This document shows positions 51,761 through 61,802 of a stretch of DNA of 64,000 bases, in pieces; positions within the stretch are counted from its first letter, which is position 1, and each line of letters opens with the position of its first letter. Under the pieces are notes generated by a model, which searched no databases, was not told the origin of the DNA, and saw only the letters and a list, made by a program, of their open reading frames with translations. The DNA is from Rhodospirillales bacterium (GTDB taxonomy: Bacteria > Pseudomonadota > Alphaproteobacteria > ATCC43930 > CGMCC-115725): contig JAQGID010000226.1 in NCBI GenBank assembly GCA_028291405.1, positions 1,177-65,176 of the forward strand, read 5' to 3'. Made by a program: the position numbers and the translations under genes.

Positions 51761-52603
51761 TTACATGTCCAATAATACTATCCGCTCGGCCTCGGCAGCG
51801 AGCAGCGAGGCGACGGTCAGATCCGCCGAGGTGCCGGGGTTGAGGCCGCGCCGTTTCAGGTCGCGGTCGAATTCGAGCAGGACCGGGAAGGCCGCCGTGG
51901 GGTCGTCGGGCAGGGTCAGCCGGAGATCGGATGCCTCGCGCTCCACCGAGCGGGCGACATCGAGACCGAATTTGCGGGCGATGTGGCTGTCGGGAAACGC
52001 GACGAGGAAATCGAGGAACACCAGCGTCGTCGCCCATTCTTGCGTCGCTCCCCGATTCCGCGCGCTGGCCAGCCGGGGCACGCCGATCGCGAAGACGTCG
52101 GCGAAGCCGGTCGCATATTGCCGCGCCACGAGATCGCGGTCGGCGGCGAGCGCCATCGCCGCGCGCAATGTCACGGTCGGCGGCGCGAAGACATCCTGCT
52201 CCGTGGCGTTGCCGACGCCGCCGGGATTGGCCGCCGCGATCGCGGCATAGGCGTCGACCGCGTCGGTGACGGTCAGATCGTCGAGGACTTTCGCCAGCGC
52301 GGTGCGGAGCGGTGCCCGGCCGCGCTCCGCCGCGGCGATCAGCGGTGCGGCCAGCAGGACGATCCCGAGATTCGTGTTGCAGGCGACGGCCGCGAGACTC
52401 GCCGCGACGGAAGTGCGGATGCGAGCGCCGACCGTGCTGCCGGGCTGGCAGAGAGGCCCTGCGGCGGCCTCGGCGCTGCGTTCGAAGTCGGCGATCGTCA
52501 TGCCGTGGCCGTCGGCATGGACGTGGACGTTGCCCGGCTTCAGCGCCGCGAGCTCGGCCCGGCACGATTCGATGAAGGCACGTTGCAGCGCCGCGCTGCG
52601 CAT
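51761..52603 (-). CDS. triphosphoribosyl-dephospho-CoA synthase (CitG/MdcB) family protein
   Basis: ELAALKPGNVH..NTNLGIVLL..ANPGG..LNPGTSADLTVASL. Confidence 0.8.
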   Translation of the reverse strand: MRSAALQRAFIESCRAELAALKPGNVHVHADGHGMTIADFERSAEAAAGPLCQPGSTVGARIRTSVAASLAAVACNTNLGIVLLAAPLIAAAERGRAPLRTALAKVLDDLTVTDAVDAYAAIAAANPGGVGNATEQDVFAPPTVTLRAAMALAADRDLVARQYATGFADVFAIGVPRLASARNRGATQEWATTLVFLDFLVAFPDSHIARKFGLDVARSVEREASDLRLTLPDDPTAAFPVLLEFDRDLKRRGLNPGTSADLTVASLLAAEAERIVLLDM

Positions 52604-52610
52604 CGTTTGG

Positions 52611-53486
52611 TCAGGCGGCGACGACATGCGCGGCGATCGCCTCGGCGATGTCGATATCGGCGACGCCTTGCAGGCCCTTCCACGCAGGCATCGAGTTGAC
52701 CTCGAGGACGACGAGCTCGCCGGAATCATTTTCGATCAGATCGACGCCGCTGTAATCCGCGCCGACGGTCCGCGTGGCGGCGACGGCGAGGGCGCCGAGG
52801 CGGCCGTCGCAGCGCATCGCCTCGCAGGTGCCGCCGCGGGCGACGTTCGTGATCCAGCCGGCGCCGCGCCGCATCATGGCGGCGATCGCCATGCCGCCGA
52901 TGACGAAGACCCGGTAGTCGCGCCACTCGCTGGCGCGGCCGACGTAGCGCTGTAGGTAGAGAACGCCCGCAAGCTCGGCAGGATCGGGCGGCGCCTCTCC
53001 GGCCGCGATGCGCCGCAGCCCGCGGCCTTGTGCGCCGAACAGCGGTTTCGCGACGAGATCGGCATCCTGCGTCGCCTGCCATGACGCGGCCGCGTCGGGG
53101 TGCTCGGTGACGAGCGTCGGCGGGGTCGGGATGCCGGCGTGGTGCAGCAGGAAGCTCGTCATCGATTTGTCGACGCAGCGCTCGATGGCGCGCGCGTCGT
53201 TGACGACGCGGACTCCCAGCGTCTGCAGCGCGTGCAGCAGCGCGAGGCGGAAGGTGACCTGCTCGAAGCTGCCGTTCGGGATGGTGCGGACGAGCGCCAG
53301 CTCGGGAAGCACGCCGTCGAAATCGGGGATGTCGATGCCGACGGCGCCGGCGCCGGCGCCGATGCGGAAGGCGCAATCGGCCAGCGACGCGACGGTGACG
53401 CGCGCGCCGCGACGGCTGCAGGCGCGGATGAGGCGGCGGCAATGCCAATCCGGCTCCTCGGCGAAGAGGACGACCCGCATCGCCAC
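52611..53486 (-). CDS. RimK-type ATP-grasp ligase (MptN-like H4MPT:glutamate ligase candidate)
   Basis: NDARAIERCVDKSMT..LVAKPLFGAQGRGL..YLQRYV..DYRVFVIGG..GVDLIENDSGELVVLEVNSMPAWKGL. Confidence 0.85.
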   Translation of the reverse strand: MAMRVVLFAEEPDWHCRRLIRACSRRGARVTVASLADCAFRIGAGAGAVGIDIPDFDGVLPELALVRTIPNGSFEQVTFRLALLHALQTLGVRVVNDARAIERCVDKSMTSFLLHHAGIPTPPTLVTEHPDAAASWQATQDADLVAKPLFGAQGRGLRRIAAGEAPPDPAELAGVLYLQRYVGRASEWRDYRVFVIGGMAIAAMMRRGAGWITNVARGGTCEAMRCDGRLGALAVAATRTVGADYSGVDLIENDSGELVVLEVNSMPAWKGLQGVADIDIAEAIAAHVVAA

Positions 53487-54461
53487 CTAGGCGAGGCCGA
53501 AGGAGCGGGCGAGCAACGCCTGATCGTGCCGGCCGCGACGAAAGCGGCGGCCGCTCTCCAGTGCGGTGACCTCGACGAGGCCGGGGCTGAAGAGCAGCGG
53601 GTCGATCTTGTAGAAATCGCCGCCGGACTCGGTGAAGATCTGCGCGAAGGGCCGCCCATAATCGCGGCTGGCGCTCGACGGCAGCGCATTGGCCAGCGCC
53701 TCGGCCTCGGCATCGGGCCCCTCGACGAAGAGCGAGACGGCGCCGCCGTAAAGGACCGCATCGTTGGTGCGCCCCATCGCCGTGACGAAGTCGGGGGACG
53801 GCGGCGGTACAGGTGCCGTGCCGAAACCGTCGACGATGCGCGTCCAAGGAAACTTCAGGGAGTGCGCTTTGTGGACGGCGACCTCGAGCGAGCGGGCGAC
53901 GATCTGCACGCTGCCGGCGAGGCTGATGGTCGGCGTCAGGATGAAGGTCAGATGCTCCGCCGTCAGACCGCAGATCTCGGCGACGCGGGCGATCAGCGGC
54001 TCGGGCGGCGGGCGGTCGACCTCGAGGACGAGGACGCTGGACTCGGCGGCGTCGTGGTAGCCGAGCTGGGCGAAGAGCTCCTCCTTCACCGCGATCGCCC
54101 GGCCGGGACCGGAGGCCATCGCGAAGAACTTGCCCTCCTGGAGCTTCCATCCGGCGTATTGGCTGCCGAGGCAGGCGAGGACGGGATCGACGGTATGCAC
54201 GGCGACGAGGATCTCCGAGGCGCCGTCGGGAGGGGCGGCGGTCAAGGAGACCTGGCCGAGCCCGCCGAGGCAGATCTCGGCGATCTGGCGCCCGGCTTCG
54301 ATGCCGCCGCGGACGTCGACCCCGGCATCGACGATGACCGCGCCGCTGGCGCTGCGCGAGATGCCGAGCCGCAAGGCATCGGCATCGCCGACGAGGTGGG
54401 TGACCAGCGGCGCGGCGCGGCGGTTGACGCTGGGGCGGGTCGGGGGAGGGGCTTCGGTCAT
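53487..54461 (-). CDS. mch: methenyl-tetrahydromethanopterin cyclohydrolase
   Basis: VDAGV..GGIEAG..ICLGGLG..ACLGSQYAGW..ASGPGRA..LTPT.SLAGSVQIVARSLE...HK..G.TND...YGG is the Mch pattern. Confidence 0.95.
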   Translation of the reverse strand: MTEAPPPTRPSVNRRAAPLVTHLVGDADALRLGISRSASGAVIVDAGVDVRGGIEAGRQIAEICLGGLGQVSLTAAPPDGASEILVAVHTVDPVLACLGSQYAGWKLQEGKFFAMASGPGRAIAVKEELFAQLGYHDAAESSVLVLEVDRPPPEPLIARVAEICGLTAEHLTFILTPTISLAGSVQIVARSLEVAVHKAHSLKFPWTRIVDGFGTAPVPPPSPDFVTAMGRTNDAVLYGGAVSLFVEGPDAEAEALANALPSSASRDYGRPFAQIFTESGGDFYKIDPLLFSPGLVEVTALESGRRFRRGRHDQALLARSFGLA

Positions 54462-54470
54462 GCGGGGATC

Positions 54471-55589
54471 CTATGCGATCAGCGGGACTTGGTGCGGCAG
54501 GTTTTGCAGCATCGCCGCCGAGCGGTGCAGCACGAGGTCCTGCGCCTCGGCGAGGTCCGGGGCGGTGGCGAGCACGGTACAGATCGGTGCGTCCTGAGGG
54601 ATCAAGCTCGCCGACGCCGGCCGGTCCGCGACCCAGTCATCCCAGCGAAGACCGCGGGGGATCACGCGCGGGCGATCGGCGTAGAGAACCGCGGCGGCGC
54701 GGCACGAATTCGGCGGTGGGAGCTTCGCTGCCGGCAACTCGCCCGCGACGCCGCGACGATGCAGATGCCACAGCGGCAGATCGGCTCCGTCAAAGACGTC
54801 GATGCTGGCGCCGGGGCGGGGATTGACCTCGAGCACGACGAAATCCTCGCCGCTGACGAGGAGGTCGAGCGAGTTCAGACCCACCAAATTCGTCGCAGCA
54901 CTCAGCGCGTCGCAGGCCTCTTCGATCCTTTTCGCGAGGCGGGCCGGCAGCGCGACGGGGCCGGCGCAGCCGCCGTAGCGGAAGGGGGTGCGATCGGTCG
55001 AGGCGGTCCATTGCCGGCTGAAGCCGAGCACGCTTGCGCCGCGTCCGTTCGCGACGAAAAGCGCCGAGACGGACTCGCCGGATTCGCGCTCCTGCCAATA
55101 GTCGCGCGGATCGGCCGGGAATGAGATTTCGCCGGCGGTGCGAATATGGGTGCCGCCGCTGCCGCCGCGCCGCTTGCGGAGCCATTCGCCGGCGGGCGGG
55201 GGTGGCGGCGCGGTGGCGATCGCCGGGTGCGGCAGGCCGAGACGCGCGAGCAGCGCAGCGAAGGCGAACGGGTCCTTCACCGCGGCGACAACCTCCGGCG
55301 GATTACCGAGGAGGGGCGCGTTGCGAGCGAGCTCGTGCAAGAGATCCAGCGCCTCCTCGAAGCCGGCGCCGTAGACGATGCCGTCGATGGGGACGGCGAA
55401 CGCGCCGAAGATTTGGCTCAGCCCGTCGCTGCGAATGCCGCCGTCGAGGTCGCCGGGCAAGCGGGTCCACGGCGCCATCGCGCGCGTATCCTCGTCGCCG
55501 AAGAGATCGGCGACGACGACCGTCTCGCCGGCGTTTCGCGCCGCCGCGGCGAGCGCTCGACCGGAAAGGGCAGCCACCAGAATTGCCAA
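54471..55589 (-). CDS. ATP-grasp domain protein of the H4MPT cluster
   Basis: KDPFAFAALLARLGLPHP..KRRGGSGGTHI..VSALFVANG..LNSLDLLVSGEDFVVLEVNPRPG. Confidence 0.75.
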   Translation of the reverse strand: MAILVAALSGRALAAAARNAGETVVVADLFGDEDTRAMAPWTRLPGDLDGGIRSDGLSQIFGAFAVPIDGIVYGAGFEEALDLLHELARNAPLLGNPPEVVAAVKDPFAFAALLARLGLPHPAIATAPPPPPAGEWLRKRRGGSGGTHIRTAGEISFPADPRDYWQERESGESVSALFVANGRGASVLGFSRQWTASTDRTPFRYGGCAGPVALPARLAKRIEEACDALSAATNLVGLNSLDLLVSGEDFVVLEVNPRPGASIDVFDGADLPLWHLHRRGVAGELPAAKLPPPNSCRAAAVLYADRPRVIPRGLRWDDWVADRPASASLIPQDAPICTVLATAPDLAEAQDLVLHRSAAMLQNLPHQVPLIA

Positions 55590-55616
55590 GGCGAGGGCCC
55601 TTTCCGCGGCTGCGAT

Positions 55617-56510
55617 CTAGGTGCTGGCCGTGATCTCGCGCGCCACCTCAAAGGCTTCGCGGAAATCGATGTACTCGGCATTCTTGGCGTCGTGCAGACG
55701 CTGCAGCAGGCGATGCTGAACGCGGAATTTCAAGTTGCCGATCGCCAGCGCGCCGATGCCGATCACGCCGTTCTCCAGCGGCGTCCCGTCCGCTTTGACG
55801 TCGAGACCTTCGATGCCGGCCGGCGGCACGGCGTTGATGTCCGCCGCGATCTTCAGATGCTTCGCCGCTGCCAAATCGGCGCGGGAAAGCACCTGCACCC
55901 CGGCCTTCGCGGCGGTGAGGACGATATCGGCGTCGGCCAGGGCGGCGCGCCTTCCCTCGTCGGTGCTGCCGTCGACAACCCGCAAGCGGAGGCCGAAGCG
56001 GCGCTCGAACTCTTGCGCCTTCTCCGCCAAAGCCGTGGTGCGATCGTGTCCGACGAGCGTCACCTCGGCGCCCGCCTGGGCGGCGATGACGCCGACGATG
56101 CCGCCGACGATGCCCTTCGCGCCGTAGACCGCGAGCTTGGCGCCGGCAAGCGTGCCGCCCAGCCTGGCGAGATGCTTCTCGACGGCCGCGACCATCGCCG
56201 CCGCGGTGGTGAAGGCGCCGGAGGGATCGGCGAAGATCGAGATCTGGAAGGGCGGGAACATCACGTCGCGCGCCGCCTTCGCCATGTCGAGCGCGATCAT
56301 CGCGTCGCGGCCGCCGATGAAGAGGACCGTCCGCGGCGCGTCCTGCGGCGCCCGCGAGAACATCGCGTCCTGGGTGAGCGCGGCGACCTCGCCGAGCTCG
56401 ATCTTGGTGTAGCCGGCAACCATGAAGCCGGCGTCGAAGGCCATGTTGACGTCGAAGGGGCTGAGATGCTGCTGCGGTGTCAGGAAATGCAGGATGCTCG
56501 GCTTTTCCAT
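55617..56510 (-). CDS. mtdB: NAD(P)-dependent methylene-tetrahydromethanopterin dehydrogenase
   Basis: SILHFLTP..LSPFDVNMAFDAGF..FSRAPQD...T.LFIGG..FADPSGAFTTAAAMVA..DINAVPPAGI..IGALA.GN.K closely resembles M. extorquens MtdB as I recall it. GAGGAAG RBS before the ATG at 56510. Confidence 0.9.
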   Translation of the reverse strand: MEKPSILHFLTPQQHLSPFDVNMAFDAGFMVAGYTKIELGEVAALTQDAMFSRAPQDAPRTVLFIGGRDAMIALDMAKAARDVMFPPFQISIFADPSGAFTTAAAMVAAVEKHLARLGGTLAGAKLAVYGAKGIVGGIVGVIAAQAGAEVTLVGHDRTTALAEKAQEFERRFGLRLRVVDGSTDEGRRAALADADIVLTAAKAGVQVLSRADLAAAKHLKIAADINAVPPAGIEGLDVKADGTPLENGVIGIGALAIGNLKFRVQHRLLQRLHDAKNAEYIDFREAFEVAREITAST

Positions 56511-56520
56511 CGCGTCTTCC

Positions 56521-57513
56521 TCACACCGGCCGTCTCGAGCGCAAAATCTCGGCGCCGCGGTTGCGGCCCCTGCAAACCCGGAATAAAAGCGCGGAATCGG
56601 CAGCGAAGCGATTAGACAATTGGTCGTAGAGCCGTCGCGCATCGGCCTCGTTCTCGACGAGGACGAAGCCGGTCGGACCCCACGAACTCTGTCCGACGCC
56701 GGCGTATCCGGCGGCGGCGAGAAAGGCGATGACCGCGCCGACGCGCGTGCTGGCATAGCGCCCGCCTTGTGCCGGCGCGAAATGATCGCCGATGCGGGCG
56801 TTGATCTCGCCGATGCTCTGCGCCACCGCGGCGAAGTCCTGCTCGACGAGGCCGGGCAGCAGGCGCAGCAGCGCGAGGTGGCAGAGATGCGCTGCCGCCT
56901 CCAGGGGAAATGGCGGCAGGTCGCGGAAGGCGTTGCGCTCGGCTTCGCCGGAGAGGCCGCGGCGGGCGCGGTCGAAGATCAGGAGGATACGCCAGCCAGC
57001 GGGGAACTCGGCGCGCGCGACGATCGGCGCCGGCGCTTCGATCTCGCCCCTGCCGCCGTCGACGAGGAAGCCGCCGAGATCGAAGGCGCCGATGCCGATA
57101 CCCGACCGCGCGCCGCGCTCGACCTGCGGCGCCAGCGTTCGCGCATCCGTCGGATGGCCCAGCGCGGCGGCGAGGGCAGCGGCGACGGCGAGACCGAGCT
57201 GCGTCCCGGAGCCGAGGCCGACATGCTCGGGGATCGTCTCGTCGACGGCGACGCGCCAGCGGTCGCCGGCATGCATCCGCTCGGCGAGCGACGCGAGCAG
57301 GTCGCCGGCGCGGCTCGGCACCGGGGCGTCGGATGCATCGCCGTCGGTGAGCCGGATATGCGTGCCGATGCCGTCGAGCGTCAGGCCGATGCTGCCGAAG
57401 CGGCGGCCCAAGGCACCGTTCAAATCGAGGAAGCCCAGGTGCAGGCGCGCCGGAGCGAATACATCTATCGTATTAGTCGCCGCCGCCGGGTTGTCCTGCG
57501 ATTGCCTTGGCAT
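56521..57513 (-). CDS. mptG: beta-ribofuranosylaminobenzene 5'-phosphate synthase (GHMP-kinase fold)
   Basis: APARLHLGFLDLNG..RRFGSIG..PEHVGLGSGTQLGLAVA..QSSWGPT. Confidence 0.85.
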   Translation of the reverse strand: MPRQSQDNPAAATNTIDVFAPARLHLGFLDLNGALGRRFGSIGLTLDGIGTHIRLTDGDASDAPVPSRAGDLLASLAERMHAGDRWRVAVDETIPEHVGLGSGTQLGLAVAAALAAALGHPTDARTLAPQVERGARSGIGIGAFDLGGFLVDGGRGEIEAPAPIVARAEFPAGWRILLIFDRARRGLSGEAERNAFRDLPPFPLEAAAHLCHLALLRLLPGLVEQDFAAVAQSIGEINARIGDHFAPAQGGRYASTRVGAVIAFLAAAGYAGVGQSSWGPTGFVLVENEADARRLYDQLSNRFAADSALLFRVCRGRNRGAEILRSRRPV

Positions 57514-57584
57514 GCCGGGAGGATAGACTTAATGTCGAATGAAAATAAAGCCGTCTGCTGAAGACGCATTCTCGGGAGCAGGCG

Positions 57585-57974
57585 ATGACAGAGGCAAAGC
57601 AGCAGGAACGGACCTACGACGAAGCCGCGATCACGGCGCGACTCGCGGCAGAGTTGCCGCAGTGGCGCTACGAGAACGGCTGGATCCGGCGGAAGTACAA
57701 GACGCACGGCTGGAAAGGGACGCTGATGGTGATCAATGCCGTCGGTCATCTCGCCGAGGCCGCCTGGCATCACCCCGATATCGCGGCGTCCTATGCCTTC
57801 GTCGAGGTCAAGCTGATGAACCACGCGGCCAAGGGCATTACCGACAAGGATTTCGAGCTAGCGCGCAAGATCGAGGAATTCGTGCAATGGCGGCCGGGCG
57901 CGGACAGCGCGCTCGAGGGCACGCCCGGCGACGACCAGCGCTTCGCCTACATCAAATACGACAAGCCGGCGTGA
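57585..57974 (+). CDS. pterin-4a-carbinolamine dehydratase family protein
   Basis: LPQW..ENGWIRRKYKT..W...L...NAVG.LAEAAWHHPDI...Y..V.V.L..H...GIT.KD is the PCD fold signature. Confidence 0.9.
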   Translation: MTEAKQQERTYDEAAITARLAAELPQWRYENGWIRRKYKTHGWKGTLMVINAVGHLAEAAWHHPDIAASYAFVEVKLMNHAAKGITDKDFELARKIEEFVQWRPGADSALEGTPGDDQRFAYIKYDKPA

Positions 57975-59242
57975 GCAACGGCGCGCAGACGCAAGCGCAG
58001 GACGCCGAAGGGACGGGCGAGACGATCGCCTGCCCGTTCTGCGGCTTGCTCTGCGACGACCTGCCGGCATCCGGTGGCAAGGTCGAGACGCGTGATTGCC
58101 CGATCGCGGCTGCCGGCTTCGCGCGCGGCGCGGCGCCGCGCCGCAGCCACATGGTCGGCGGCAGGGAGACCGATCTCGCGGCGGCGGCCGCTGCCGCTGG
58201 CGCCATCCTCGCGGCGGCGCGGGCTCCGTTGTTCCATGGGCTGACCGCGGATCTCCACGGCGTCCGCGCCCTGCTGGCACTCGCCGAGCGGGTCGGCGGC
58301 GTCGTCGACCACGAGCTGTCCGCAGGGTTTCTCGCGAACGTCGCGGTGGCGCGGGCGAGCGGCTGGGTGACCGCGACGTTCTCCGAGGTCGCCAATCGCG
58401 CGGATGTGATCCTCCTCGTCGGCGCCGATCCCGTCCGGGATTTCCCGCGCTTCCACGAGCGTCTGGTGCAGAACCCAACGCCGCTTTATCGCGAGCGCCC
58501 CCCGTTCATGGCCTATCTCGGTGCGGCCGGCGACGCGCCGTCGCGCGATGTCGTGCCGCTGCAGGCGACGATCGGCGAGGGGGATTTGCTGCCAGCCCTC
58601 GGCGCGCTCGCCGCGCTGCTGCGCGAGCGTCCGGTGGCGCGAGAGGACTCCGCGATACCGATCGCGGCGCTGGTCGATATCGCCGCGCGTCTGAAGGCGG
58701 CGCATTACGGCGTCATCGTCTGGGACGTCGCGGCGCTGCCGCAGGGTCACGCCGAGCTCGCCGTCGAGCTCATCGCCGCGATGCTGCGTCATCTCAACGT
58801 CGCGACGCGCTGCGTCGGCCTGCCGCTTGGCGGCAGCGGCAACGCGCTCGGGGCGGTGCAGGCGACGCTGTGGCAGACCGGCTGGCCGTTGCGCGTCGGT
58901 TTCGGCGAGGGCGCGCCGCTGCACGATCCCTGGCGCTACGACGGCACGCGCATGCTCGCCGCCGGCGAGGCCGATGCGCTCGTCTGGGTGGCGGCGCTCG
59001 GCACGGCGCCGCCACCGGCAAGCAGCGTGCCGGTGATCGCGATCGTGGCGGACGATGTGGCGCTGCCGACGCCGGCGGCGGTCGAGATTCGCGTCGGCAT
59101 TCCCGGACTGGATCATGCCGGGGAGGCGATCCGCGGCGACACGGTGGTCGCGATGAATCTCGTCGCCGCCATCCCCTCCGACCGGCCGAGCGTCGCCGCC
59201 GCCGCGACGGCGATCCTCGAAGCGCTGCGGCCCGTCGCATGA
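57971..59242 (+). CDS. fhcB: formyltransferase/hydrolase complex subunit B (FmdB homologue)
   Basis: N-terminal CPFCGLLCDDL...C cluster motif and a molybdopterin-oxidoreductase-like fold. GTG start overlaps the PCD stop (GTGA). Confidence 0.9.
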   Translation: MSNGAQTQAQDAEGTGETIACPFCGLLCDDLPASGGKVETRDCPIAAAGFARGAAPRRSHMVGGRETDLAAAAAAAGAILAAARAPLFHGLTADLHGVRALLALAERVGGVVDHELSAGFLANVAVARASGWVTATFSEVANRADVILLVGADPVRDFPRFHERLVQNPTPLYRERPPFMAYLGAAGDAPSRDVVPLQATIGEGDLLPALGALAALLRERPVAREDSAIPIAALVDIAARLKAAHYGVIVWDVAALPQGHAELAVELIAAMLRHLNVATRCVGLPLGGSGNALGAVQATLWQTGWPLRVGFGEGAPLHDPWRYDGTRMLAAGEADALVWVAALGTAPPPASSVPVIAIVADDVALPTPAAVEIRVGIPGLDHAGEAIRGDTVVAMNLVAAIPSDRPSVAAAATAILEALRPVA

Positions 59243-60912
59243 TTACGCGCATCGCCGGCGGGCGCATCATCGACGGGGCCGAGGACGAGGGCGACGCCAA
59301 GCGCGATCTTTGGATCGAGGACGATCGCATCGTCGCGGCGCCGACCGACGGCCGGCCGGCCGATCGCACGATCGACGCGACCGAGCATCTCGTGATGGCC
59401 GGGGCGATCGACATCCACAGCCATATCGCGGGCGGCAAGGTCAATCTCGGGCGCCTGCTGTCGCCGGCGGATCATCGCGAGAACCCGGTGGAGCGCGCGG
59501 GCGCGGCGCTGCGCTCGGGCAGCGGGCTGACGACGCCCTCGACCTTCACGACCGGATTCCGCTATGCCGCGATGGGCTATACCGCCGTCTTCGAGCCGGC
59601 AATGGTGGCCTCGAACGCGCGCGCCACGCATCTCGAGATGGCCGATGTGCCGATCGTCGACAAGGGCGCCTATGTCATGCTCGGCAACGACGAGTATCTG
59701 CTGCGGCGCCTGGCGGCCGCGGCGGAGCAGGGCGAGATCAACGATTACGTCGCCTGGATGATGCAGGCGACGGCGGCGCATGCCGTCAAGGTCGTCAACC
59801 CCGGCGGCATCAGCGCCTTCAAGTTCAATGCGCGCGGTCTCGAGATCGACGAGCCGGTGCCGCACCACGGCGTGACACCGCGGCGCATCGTCGCCGCGCT
59901 GGCGCGCGCGGTGCACGAGATCGGCGTGCCGCATCCGTTGCACGTCCATTGCAACAATCTCGGCATGCCGGGCAATGTCGAGACGACGCTGGCGACGATC
60001 GCCGCCGCCGAGGGCTATCCGATCCATCTGACGCACGTGCAGTTCCACAGCTACGGCAGCGAAGGCAAGCGCGGCTTCTCCTCGGCGGCGCATCGCATCG
60101 CCGAGGCGGTGGCGCAGAATCCCAATGTCTCGATCGACGTCGGCCAGATCATGTTCGGCGCGACGATGACGGAATCCGGCGACACCCAGGCGCAGTTCCG
60201 CAACCGCAGCCTCGCCGATCCCGACACCTGGATCAGCATGGACATCGAATGCGACGGCGGCTGCGGCCTGGTGCCGATGCGCTATCGCGACAGCAATTTC
60301 GTCAACGCGCTGCAATGGACGATCGGCCTCGAGCTGTTCCTGCTGGTCGAGGATCCCTGGCGCGTCTTCCTGACGACCGACCACCCGAACGGCGGGCCCT
60401 TCGCGAGCTATCCGCATCTCGTCCGCCTGCTGACCGACCGCAGCCATCGCGAGGACTGCCTGGCGCAGATCCATCCGGCGGCACGCAAGGCGAGTACCCT
60501 GGCTGGCATGACACGCGAATACACGATGCGCGAGATCGCGATCATGACCCGCGCCGGGCCGGCGCGCAGCCTCGGCCTTTCCGAGCGCGGCCATCTCGCG
60601 CCGGGCGCCGTCGCCGACGTCGTGGCATATCGCCCGGACAGCGATGTCGCGGCGATGTTCCGCGCGCCGGCGCATGTCTTCAAATCCGGCGTCGAGGTGG
60701 CGCGCGACGGCGCCATACTGGCAGCGCCGTCGGGCACGACGCAGCTCGTGCGCCCGGCCTACGACCGCCAGGTCGAGCGCCATGTCCGGCGGTTCTTCGA
60801 CGATCACATGACGATCGGCTTCGATCATTTTCCGCTGGCCGCGGGCGAGCTCGCCGATGCCGGGCTCGCCGTCGCCGAGCAGCAGTGCCGGCCGAGCGCG
60901 GGGCGGGCATGA
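59239..60912 (+). CDS. fhcA: formyltransferase/hydrolase complex subunit A (amidohydrolase, FmdA homologue)
   Basis: GAIDIHSHIAGGKVN..VNPGG..HVHCNNLG..IHLTHVQFHSY..TDHPNGGPF. ATGA overlap upstream. Confidence 0.95.
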   Translation: MITRIAGGRIIDGAEDEGDAKRDLWIEDDRIVAAPTDGRPADRTIDATEHLVMAGAIDIHSHIAGGKVNLGRLLSPADHRENPVERAGAALRSGSGLTTPSTFTTGFRYAAMGYTAVFEPAMVASNARATHLEMADVPIVDKGAYVMLGNDEYLLRRLAAAAEQGEINDYVAWMMQATAAHAVKVVNPGGISAFKFNARGLEIDEPVPHHGVTPRRIVAALARAVHEIGVPHPLHVHCNNLGMPGNVETTLATIAAAEGYPIHLTHVQFHSYGSEGKRGFSSAAHRIAEAVAQNPNVSIDVGQIMFGATMTESGDTQAQFRNRSLADPDTWISMDIECDGGCGLVPMRYRDSNFVNALQWTIGLELFLLVEDPWRVFLTTDHPNGGPFASYPHLVRLLTDRSHREDCLAQIHPAARKASTLAGMTREYTMREIAIMTRAGPARSLGLSERGHLAPGAVADVVAYRPDSDVAAMFRAPAHVFKSGVEVARDGAILAAPSGTTQLVRPAYDRQVERHVRRFFDDHMTIGFDHFPLAAGELADAGLAVAEQQCRPSAGRA

Positions 60913-61802
60913 TCCTCGATGGCGTCGAGATCGAGGACACTTTCGCCGAGGCCTTCGGGATGCGAGCGACCCGTCTCATCGTCACCGCCGACACGCCGCG
61001 CTGGGCGCGCATCGCCGGCGACACGGCGACCGGCTTTGCGACCTCGGTGATCGCCTGCGGCGCCGAGGCGGGGATCGAGCGCGATTTGTCGGCGGAGGAG
61101 ACGCCGGACGGGCGGCCGGGGATCGCGCTGCTGTTCTTCGCGGTCAGCCGCGACGCGCTGACCAAGGCGCTGCGCGATCGCGTCGGGCAATGCGTGCTGA
61201 CCTGTCCGGGCACCGCCTGCTATTCCGGGCTCGATGAGGGCGAGCGGCTACCGCTGGGCCGCAGCCTCCGCTATTTCGGCGACGGGTACCAGGCGGCGAA
61301 GCGCCTTGGCGATAAACGCTATTGGCGCATCCCGGTGATGGACGGCGAGTTCGTCTGCGAGGACACGGTCGGCCAGGTCAAGGCGGTCGGCGGCGGCAAT
61401 TTCCTGATCCTCGGCAAGACGCATCGCGGCGTCCTCGCCGCCGCCGAGCGAGCGGTGGAGCAGATGCGGCGGCTCATCGGGGTGATCATGCCGTTTCCCG
61501 GCGGCATCGCCCGCTCGGGCTCGAAGATCGGTTCGCGCTACAAGGGCCTCGTCGCTTCGACCAACGACGCCTATTGCCCGACGATCAAGGGGATCGTCAA
61601 GACGGCGCTGCCACCTTCGGTCGATGCCGTGCTCGAGATCGTGATCGACGGGCTCAACGAGGCCGCGGTCGGCGCCGCGATGGCGACCGGCATCCGCGCC
61701 GCCTGCGCCGGCAACGACGGCGAGATCCTGCGCATCACCGCCGGCAATTACGGCGGCAAGCTCGGGCCCTTCCATTTCCGTCTGCATGAGCTTCTCGCAT
61801 GA
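60909..61802 (+). CDS. fhcD: formylmethanofuran:H4MPT formyltransferase (Ftr homologue)
   Basis: IEDTFAEAFGM.ATRLIVTA....WA......ATGFATSVIACG.EAGIE..L....TPDGRPG...L.F...GGGNFLI.G...GG..RSGSK.G is Ftr-like. ATGA overlap upstream. Confidence 0.95.
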   Translation: MILDGVEIEDTFAEAFGMRATRLIVTADTPRWARIAGDTATGFATSVIACGAEAGIERDLSAEETPDGRPGIALLFFAVSRDALTKALRDRVGQCVLTCPGTACYSGLDEGERLPLGRSLRYFGDGYQAAKRLGDKRYWRIPVMDGEFVCEDTVGQVKAVGGGNFLILGKTHRGVLAAAERAVEQMRRLIGVIMPFPGGIARSGSKIGSRYKGLVASTNDAYCPTIKGIVKTALPPSVDAVLEIVIDGLNEAAVGAAMATGIRAACAGNDGEILRITAGNYGGKLGPFHFRLHELLA

